A stretch of 64,000 bases of DNA from Bacteroidia bacterium (lineage in GTDB: Bacteria > Bacteroidota > Bacteroidia > Palsa-965). Positions 57,529 through 64,000 of this stretch are shown here, piece by piece. The notes under the pieces are model-generated. The model worked only from the letters and a program-made list of their open reading frames with translations. It had not been told where the DNA came from and did no database searches. The DNA is taken from NCBI GenBank assembly GCA_044448685.1, contig JBIOHC010000003.1, positions 72,865-136,864 on the forward strand, given 5' to 3'. A program made the translations under genes and the position numbers. Every line of letters begins with the position of its first letter. The first letter of the stretch is position 1.

Positions 57529-57911
57529 TGTGCTTTAACCGGAAAGTTCATATTCACATTCATCTTTACCTTCATCCCATTCATCATTCCCGGGCTGAAT
57601 TTTAATTTCTCCACATAGGCCTTTACCGCTTCGTCCACACCATATCCGACTCCGCTTAATATAACACAGTTGGCAACTGTGCTGTCTGTCTTGATATCAA
57701 AACTCAGGCTTACCTCCCCTTCTACATATTTCCTGATAGCCTCTTCCGGATATTTCACCTTCATGCGGACTTGTTCAAAAAGAGCTTTCTCTCCTTTCGG
57801 ATATTCCGGATCACGGGTGGCTTTCACCGTGATATTCTGAGGGTCCTTGGTTTGGGAAAAACCTGCTAATGGAATCAGAAAGAGAAGGAGGAGGAAGAGG
57901 TGCTTTTTCAT
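57525..57911 (-). CDS. TonB C-terminal-domain protein (energy transducer TonB family, short form).
   Basis: 128 aa. Signal peptide and a TonB_C-like region (YPEEAIRKYVEGEVSLSFDIKTDSTVANCVILSGVGYGVDEAVKAYVEKLKFSPGMMNG). Confidence 0.6.
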   Translation of the reverse strand: MKKHLFLLLLFLIPLAGFSQTKDPQNITVKATRDPEYPKGEKALFEQVRMKVKYPEEAIRKYVEGEVSLSFDIKTDSTVANCVILSGVGYGVDEAVKAYVEKLKFSPGMMNGMKVKMNVNMNFPVKAH

Positions 57912-57919
57912 GGTTATGG

Positions 57920-58954
57920 TTATTTACTTAAACAAGAATGAATATAACACAGACTCAGATCAATCGTAGCTTCAATCCCTTTTATATGCGTACGCTCCAC
58001 CCCATGTGATGCTGCTACACCCGGGCCGATAAGCGCAACGCGGAAATCATTCCCTGCCTTCAATGCCGCAGAACCGTCAGAGCTATAAAAAGGATATACA
58101 TCCTGCTTGAACGGAATCTTGTAACGGGTAGCCAATTCAACAAGCGTTTTGCGGAACTCATAATCATAGGGGCCTGAACTGTCCTTTACACAGATAGAAC
58201 AGCTTTGCTCATTGCCTTCACAGGCTGTGCCCAGCACACCCATGTCAATGACCAGCAGCTCTTCAACTGTTGATGAATAGCCGGAGGTACCCCCATGTCC
58301 TACTTCTTCATAATTGCTGAAGAAGAGCTCAACAGGCGCTTCTATCCCCTCTTCTTTCAGTCTTCTGGCAATTTCAAACAGCACATAACAACCCGCTTTG
58401 TTATCCATAAAGCGGGATTTTATAAACCCGTTTTCATATTCCCTGTAGCGTGGTTCAAAACAGATGATATCGCCGGTATGGATTCCAAGGGCCTCCGTTT
58501 CCTTTTTATTCGTCACTTCCTCATCAATGCGTATATGCATGGTTTCTTCATTCCGCTTTTCTGATTCCCGCTGATCATTGGCATGTGATGAGGGATTGTT
58601 GAGCAACAAGGTCCCGGTAATGACTTTTCCGTTCAGCGTATGAATATTGACATATTCCCCTTCGGCACTGGTCAGGGAAGGGCCTCCGAGTTTGGAAAAA
58701 CGAAGCGTACCGTCTTTCCTGATTCCGGAAACAATGGCGCCAAGTGTATCCACGTGGGCAGCGATGGCCAAACTGGGGCTTTTGCCCAAAGCGCAGCGCA
58801 CAGCTCCTTTGTTCGTCCTTTCTGGCTTGTATCCATATGATTTAAGCAGGTTGAAAATATAATGGCAGGCCTCCCGGGTATAACCACTGGGTGAATCTAT
58901 TTCCACCAACTCGCGTAAAGTATCGTAATCTGACATAGTCCGGTCTTTCTTCAA
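57920..58954 (-). CDS. M42-family peptidase, second paralog in the window.
   Basis: 344 aa. IAAHVDTLGAIV metal-binding motif and co-linearity with 33679..34728. Confidence 0.6.
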   Translation of the reverse strand: MKKDRTMSDYDTLRELVEIDSPSGYTREACHYIFNLLKSYGYKPERTNKGAVRCALGKSPSLAIAAHVDTLGAIVSGIRKDGTLRFSKLGGPSLTSAEGEYVNIHTLNGKVITGTLLLNNPSSHANDQRESEKRNEETMHIRIDEEVTNKKETEALGIHTGDIICFEPRYREYENGFIKSRFMDNKAGCYVLFEIARRLKEEGIEAPVELFFSNYEEVGHGGTSGYSSTVEELLVIDMGVLGTACEGNEQSCSICVKDSSGPYDYEFRKTLVELATRYKIPFKQDVYPFYSSDGSAALKAGNDFRVALIGPGVAASHGVERTHIKGIEATIDLSLCYIHSCLSK

Positions 58955-59018
58955 AGATAACCAAAACCTTGTCGGCAGTGTGCTGCGTTTTCTTATTTTG
59001 GCCTTCTAATTAAGGATA

Positions 59019-60542
59019 ATGAAAAAGCACGTTACTGTCTTTGTTTTCCTCCTGCTCTCTTCCATCCTGTTTTCCCAAAACAGCTTTGTTACTGACAGTC
59101 TGGATACTTATATAAACCGGGAAATGAAATCCTGGCAGGTGCCCGGTCTGGCCATTGCGATTATCAAAGATGGTAAGGTGGTAGCCTGCAAAGGGTATGG
59201 AATTCGTGATATAACCCATCCCGGCCAGCAGGTGGATGCCAATACCTTATTTCAGATTGCTTCCAACAGCAAGGCTTTTACCGGCACATCCATAGCCCTT
59301 CTTGCTTATCAGAAACGTCTGAGTATGGATGACAAGGTGAATAAGTGGCTGAAGGATTTTAAACTCAAAGATCCTTTTGCTTCTGAAGATGTTCGTATAC
59401 GCGACCTGCTTTGCCACCGCCTCGGCTTCGAAACCTTTCAAAGCGATTTCTATAACTGGGGCGGGACTCCAACGCGCAAGGAAATCATTTCCAATCTTCG
59501 CAATGTCGATGCCGTTTATCCTTTCCGCAGTCATTATGGATATTGCAATGCCGCCTTCCTTACTGCCGGTGAACTGATTCCGCTTGTAACAGATACCACC
59601 TGGGATGATTTTCTGAAATATCACTTCTTCCAGCCCCTTCAAATGAAGAGAACCTCAACCACCTGGAGTACAATCAATACGGATAAAAACGCCTGCCTGC
59701 CTTATACCCTGGTAAACGGCAAGCTGGTGGTAATGCCCTATGTCAATGTCGACAACCTCGGCCCCGCAGCTTCCATCAATTCCAATGTGAATGATCTTTC
59801 ACACTGGATTATGATGCAGCTTGACAGCGGACGATTTGAAGGCAGAACCATTTTCCCTTTTGCCGTTCTTCAAAATACCCGCACATCCAATACGGTAGTG
59901 AAGGATGTGAACAACCCATTCTTTCCGGGCAAACATTTTGAAACTTACGGACTCGGATGGCTCCTGGATGATTACCAGGGAAAGAAAATAATCAGCCATG
60001 ACGGAGGAGCTAACGGTTTTGTTACCACCACTTGCTTCATACCCGAATTGAACCTGGGTATAGCCGTACTCACGAATACCGATCAGAACAGTTTGTACGC
60101 GGCACTTCGCCAGCAAATCATCGATTCCTATCTGAATATGCCCTGGAGGAATTACAGTGCGTTTTATCATATGCGATTTGTTCGGGGCCAGGAAAAAGAA
60201 GATATAGACCGTAAACAACAATATGATTTAATAGCCCAACACAAGCAACCTGCTCTGGAACTCAAAAACTATTGCGGCAAATACCTCAATGCGGTGTATG
60301 GGGAATTGGAAGTGAAAGAAGAAAAAGGGTTGCTGGTCATTCGCTTTGCTCATCATCCGAACCTTAAAGGCGAATTATCCTATATGGACAAGGAAGCATT
60401 TCTGTGTACCTACTCCGACCCTGAATACGGAGTGGAAGAAATTCCTTTTCATGAAAATGAAGGGAAGGTGACAGGTGTTACAATTCGGGTAAATGGCTTT
60501 ATTGACTTTATGCCTTATGAATTCAAAAAGGTAAATCCATAA
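59019..60542 (+). CDS. Serine hydrolase of the beta-lactamase/PBP4-like family with a C-terminal lipocalin-like (DUF3471-type) domain.
   Basis: 507 aa. Signal peptide, SxxK motif (FQIASNSKAF) and a YxN-like motif (YCNAAF). Confidence 0.75.
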   Translation: MKKHVTVFVFLLLSSILFSQNSFVTDSLDTYINREMKSWQVPGLAIAIIKDGKVVACKGYGIRDITHPGQQVDANTLFQIASNSKAFTGTSIALLAYQKRLSMDDKVNKWLKDFKLKDPFASEDVRIRDLLCHRLGFETFQSDFYNWGGTPTRKEIISNLRNVDAVYPFRSHYGYCNAAFLTAGELIPLVTDTTWDDFLKYHFFQPLQMKRTSTTWSTINTDKNACLPYTLVNGKLVVMPYVNVDNLGPAASINSNVNDLSHWIMMQLDSGRFEGRTIFPFAVLQNTRTSNTVVKDVNNPFFPGKHFETYGLGWLLDDYQGKKIISHDGGANGFVTTTCFIPELNLGIAVLTNTDQNSLYAALRQQIIDSYLNMPWRNYSAFYHMRFVRGQEKEDIDRKQQYDLIAQHKQPALELKNYCGKYLNAVYGELEVKEEKGLLVIRFAHHPNLKGELSYMDKEAFLCTYSDPEYGVEEIPFHENEGKVTGVTIRVNGFIDFMPYEFKKVNP

Positions 60543-60559
60543 ACGATCCGACAAAAGAA

Positions 60560-61921
60560 ATGAAAACCCGGATGATTTCCCTGCTTGCTGCATTCGGGCT
60601 ATGTATCCTGCTCGCCTTTTCAGGCATGCAATACCGGGAACATGAAGGCCCGGTAAATGTCATCACCTGGGATGTTTTCGGATATTACCTTTATCTGCCC
60701 TCTGCGTTTATTTATCACGACCCTGGCCTCAGCAATCCAAAATGGCTGAATGCAGTGCGCAAGGAATATAACCCCACCCCTAACCTGTATCAGGTGGTTC
60801 CTGGCAAGGGTGGCAGACAGCTGAATATATATACGATGGGGCTTGCAGCCTCCTATGCTCCCGGTTTTTTGATGGCTCATGGGTATGCACACTTGGCGGG
60901 TTATTCAGCCGACGGTTTTTCAGTCCCCTACCAATGGGCGATGTTGCTCTCTGCTTTTTTATATTCCTGTTTAGGGATTTTCCTGCTCCGATACCTGCTC
61001 CTCCGTTTCTTCAGCGATACCCTCACGGCCTTTTTAGTTTGTCTCACCGTGCTGGGAACGAATTTTCTTTTTCATGCCGGGCTGGAAGGAGCTATGCCCC
61101 ATAATTTTTTATTCAGCCTGAATTGTCTCCTTCTTCTTCTTACAATGAAGTGGCATGAAACGTATAAGCTCCGTTATGCATTGCTGCTGGCTTTCTTCTT
61201 CGGCTGGGCTATGTTATGCCGCCCGAGCGAAGGGGTATGGGTCCTTATACCCTTGTTCTGGAATGTAAAAGACTGGGCTTCTTTGCTTGCAAAATGTAAA
61301 CTGTTGGTGCAATACAAAAAACAGGTCCTCTTGAGCGCGCTGGTTATTTTCCTTGTTCTCTTTCCACAGTTGCTGTATTGGAAATGGACCAGCGGATACT
61401 GGAAACAGTTCAATAACCATGCGGAGGGGTTTTCGTTCCTGTCGCCCTACACCCTTGATTTCCTGTTCAGCTATAAAAAAGGCTGGCTGCTTTATACTCC
61501 GCTTATGCTGTTTGCTTTGGTGGGATTTTACCCCTTATACAAAAGCAAACGTCCTCTGTTTTATCCCCTTGCCTTGTTTATTGTTGCCAACATCTATGTG
61601 TTATCGAGCTGGGACTGCTGGTGGTATGCATCCAGTTTCAGTCAAAGACCGATGGTGGAATCCCTGCCTGTGATGGCTCTAGTGATGGGTGTTTTTTTGC
61701 AATTCCTGTGGACTGTCAGGCCGGTGGTGCGGTATCTTGTTCTGACCTGTATGGCCTTACTGATAACCCTCAATCTTTTTCAGACCTGGCAGTACTGTGC
61801 CGGCATTCTGGATGGTGAGCGAATGACAGAAGCGTATTACTGGAATATTTTCGGAAAGACAGACTTAAGCGAAGCTGACCGCGATTTGCTTGAACCTCCT
61901 GGTCTTCCTCCCGGCCCATAA
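60560..61921 (+). CDS. Polytopic membrane protein, hypothetical (GT-C/ArnT-like glycosyltransferase fold suspected).
   Basis: 453 aa. About 11 predicted transmembrane helices and aromatic-rich loops. Confidence 0.4.
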   Translation: MKTRMISLLAAFGLCILLAFSGMQYREHEGPVNVITWDVFGYYLYLPSAFIYHDPGLSNPKWLNAVRKEYNPTPNLYQVVPGKGGRQLNIYTMGLAASYAPGFLMAHGYAHLAGYSADGFSVPYQWAMLLSAFLYSCLGIFLLRYLLLRFFSDTLTAFLVCLTVLGTNFLFHAGLEGAMPHNFLFSLNCLLLLLTMKWHETYKLRYALLLAFFFGWAMLCRPSEGVWVLIPLFWNVKDWASLLAKCKLLVQYKKQVLLSALVIFLVLFPQLLYWKWTSGYWKQFNNHAEGFSFLSPYTLDFLFSYKKGWLLYTPLMLFALVGFYPLYKSKRPLFYPLALFIVANIYVLSSWDCWWYASSFSQRPMVESLPVMALVMGVFLQFLWTVRPVVRYLVLTCMALLITLNLFQTWQYCAGILDGERMTEAYYWNIFGKTDLSEADRDLLEPPGLPPGP

Positions 61922-61932
61922 TCATACTGTCA

Positions 61933-62658
61933 TCAGCCCAGGACTTCCTCCAGCACAGCCATTGATTTTATTTCCTTAATGCTGGAGATATGCAGACGGA
62001 AATAATCAATCATGCTCCTGACCAACACCCTTCGTTCAGATCCCGTCATCTGAAGCTGATGGCTGTTTTCAAAATTGAGGTTTAGTATTTTTCCGAACTG
62101 TTTCGAAATATCACCCTCCAGAAAATGAACATGAGAGGGTTCATGATCCTGAAACTGACCTTCGGCCAGATTAAAAAAAGGCGTTTCGGAACTGTATTCT
62201 CCCTGAGGGGCAAAGCCCAGCATTGTGGCCAGCCTGCACAAAAATACGAGATGAAAGTTGGGATTGTTTTCGGTGCTCAGGTCGAGCATCTCCAGGGCCT
62301 GGCTGATAAACTCGAACAGATCGGAATGAGGAGCTTCTTCCCGTATTGTTTTATACAGCACCTCATTCAGAAAAAGAAGAGTGGAGCTTTTGCGTATATC
62401 GGCTGCAATATTGTTCCAGGATTGAACAGCTGTCATATCACTGATACGGTGCAGTGTGTTTTTTTCCCGGTTGCTCACATTGATCTCGACCAATGCCAGT
62501 GGTTGGAAAAGGGATGCTTTTATTTTTGCTTTTTTGGAACGGGCGCCGGGAACAAGATAAGAGCGTAACCCGAATGCTTCTGTGAAAATATGAACGATGA
62601 CACTGGAATCGGTATAGCGAATGGTTCGGAAAACCAGGCCCCGTGTTTTATGAAGCAT
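61933..62658 (-). CDS. recO: DNA repair protein RecO.
   Basis: Start at MLHKTRGLVFRTIRYTDSSVIVHIFTE, which gives the RecO N-terminal OB-fold pattern. About 241 aa. Confidence 0.8.
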   Translation of the reverse strand: MLHKTRGLVFRTIRYTDSSVIVHIFTEAFGLRSYLVPGARSKKAKIKASLFQPLALVEINVSNREKNTLHRISDMTAVQSWNNIAADIRKSSTLLFLNEVLYKTIREEAPHSDLFEFISQALEMLDLSTENNPNFHLVFLCRLATMLGFAPQGEYSSETPFFNLAEGQFQDHEPSHVHFLEGDISKQFGKILNLNFENSHQLQMTGSERRVLVRSMIDYFRLHISSIKEIKSMAVLEEVLG

Positions 62659-64000
62659 TAATTGATGAAGAGAATTTTTGTGATGATGGTTTGTTTTCCA
62701 TCTGTATCCGAGCAAAAAACAAGATATACACCGGTATGAGCCCGCTCGCCTTTGAAATTATTCCCGTCCCAGATAGCCTGGCCGCCTAAAGCGGTAGTCT
62801 GGAAAATCAGGTTGCCGGTTATATCCGTAATCTTGACATCCGCATTGGTCGTAAGCCCTTTGATGGCAATAGGGCCAGTATACTCATGTCTGACAGGATT
62901 GGGGAAAGCAAACACATCATTGAATGCCACATCCCCTTCTGTGGCAGTACTCCGGTAAGAAATAACGCCCTGGTCTGTTCCAAAAAACACTTCTCCGGTA
63001 ATCCCGTTCACGGTAATGGCATTGATATTATTGGAAAGGATGGGGCTGTTGCTGGTGTTGAAATTTGCGATCTGCTGGGTACCATCAGCCGACATCAGAA
63101 ACACACCTCCTCCCAATGTGCCAATCCATTTCCGGTTGGCTCCGTCAACAGCGAGGGTTGTGACTGTTTGTCCTTCCATCAGAATCTGTACATGAACTCC
63201 TTGTTGAATGAGTATCTGCTGAGCATCATAACCGGTAGATGCAAACATATTGTCCGGATTATAAAAAACTCCGATACCGGCATCGGTGCCTATCCATACC
63301 TGCTGGTTTTTATCCTCTACCAGACAAAACACATCGGTTCCGGGAATACCTCCTAATCCCTTTGTAAACTGCAGGTGTTTTACCTTATCATCACTCGGAT
63401 TTGTAATTGTAGCGTTATCATTATAGATCAGTATTCCTCTTCCCCTGGGCAGGATAGCCCATTTTACACCATTGGTTCCGGCAATGACAGCGCCGATTTC
63501 AACATTGGAAATTGCCGAACGGCAGTCAAAGGCAGTCCACCTTCCGCTGGCTTCCCGGCAATGAAGCAGATAGGGTGTATGCATATTGGTTACCCACAGG
63601 TTCCCGTTGGCATCATAACACATGCCTCCGACATCGGTTGCTGTATCCGTTGCAGAGCGTCCCTGTAAAGTACAATTGGCATGGTGCACATTATAGATAT
63701 TATTCAGACCCCAGTTTGTAAATTCAAATACTCCGAATCCAAGTGAGCCATACATGATATGATTAGCATTGTTCGGATCAATGGCTGTGGAAAGGAAATC
63801 ATAATCCCTTCCTAGAATGGTATAATCAAGATAATTGAGCGTTCTCCAGGTCTCGGCTGTGAAGGTGCTGATACCGGAGTTGTTATACATATTACCCCAG
63901 TTATCGGCATGACTGCCGGGAACCATAGAAATCATTCCATTGCTATAAGTCATGGCATAGCAATCTGTCTTTTTCGGCCCATTGGGCATATAGCTGATAC
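62658..64000 (-). CDS. Secreted beta-propeller protein with a T9SS type-A C-terminal sorting domain. The N-terminus may extend beyond the window.
   Basis: The C-terminus (FAFPNPVRHEYTGPIAIKGLTTNADVKITDITGNLIF ... GVYLVFCSDTDGKQTIITKILFIN) fits the Por_Secre_tail pattern. The upstream region is Gly/Asn/Thr-rich and propeller-like. Confidence 0.65.
   Translation of the reverse strand, partial: ISYMPNGPKKTDCYAMTYSNGMISMVPGSHADNWGNMYNNSGISTFTAETWRTLNYLDYTILGRDYDFLSTAIDPNNANHIMYGSLGFGVFEFTNWGLNNIYNVHHANCTLQGRSATDTATDVGGMCYDANGNLWVTNMHTPYLLHCREASGRWTAFDCRSAISNVEIGAVIAGTNGVKWAILPRGRGILIYNDNATITNPSDDKVKHLQFTKGLGGIPGTDVFCLVEDKNQQVWIGTDAGIGVFYNPDNMFASTGYDAQQILIQQGVHVQILMEGQTVTTLAVDGANRKWIGTLGGGVFLMSADGTQQIANFNTSNSPILSNNINAITVNGITGEVFFGTDQGVISYRSTATEGDVAFNDVFAFPNPVRHEYTGPIAIKGLTTNADVKITDITGNLIFQTTALGGQAIWDGNNFKGERAHTGVYLVFCSDTDGKQTIITKILFIN

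Noticed and set aside
1-64000. Mobile elements, integrases, transposases and tRNA genes.
   Set aside because: No ORF resembles a tyrosine or serine recombinase or a DDE transposase. No tRNA-like T-arm or acceptor motif was seen in the intergenic regions. The accessory-looking pieces are limited to the NTase cassette and the minisatellite.

Overview
This 64 kb window is a chromosomal segment from a Bacteroidota-type genome, densely packed with mostly housekeeping genes. The phylum call rests on T9SS type A and type B C-terminal sorting domains, a PorP/SprF gene, a Bacteroidetes-style ECF sigma/anti-sigma pair, a DUF4369-TlpA protein, the TPR-DUF4292-M23 cluster and the acpP-fabF-rnc cluster.

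Recognisable core genes are lipB (partial), uvrC, asd, rnr, gpsA, lysS, rseP, dxr, pyk, rnc, fabF, acpP, purN, dut, tatA, gatA, recO, an ALDH7-type dehydrogenase and a mltD-like transglycosylase. I found no rRNA, tRNA, CRISPR array, integrase or transposase.

The items most worth a second look are these.
1. A 563-aa protein (5918..7609) with a KcsA-like 2-TM K+ channel pore carrying the TIGYGD filter, fused to a long cytoplasmic domain of about 16 tandem 12-residue FGxG repeats.
2. A 42-bp intergenic tandem repeat of about 6.5 copies (53737..54046) lying just downstream of two paralogous small secreted proteins.
3. A two-gene cassette on the opposite strand (26436..27109) encoding a minimal pol-beta-type nucleotidyltransferase, possibly ANT(2'')-like, plus a 66-aa partner, wedged between convergent housekeeping genes.
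4. An ECF sigma/anti-sigma pair directly upstream of a stand-alone PorP/SprF gene. An 867-aa lamin-tail-domain protein with a type-B T9SS sorting domain sits about 5 kb away, next to a lone ExbD.
5. A tight GbsR-regulated operon of TIGR01777 epimerase, SRPBCC and DUF2071 genes of unknown function.
6. A terminator-like hairpin in the asd leader.

All calls come from reading the translated ORFs and the DNA by eye. No database searches were run.
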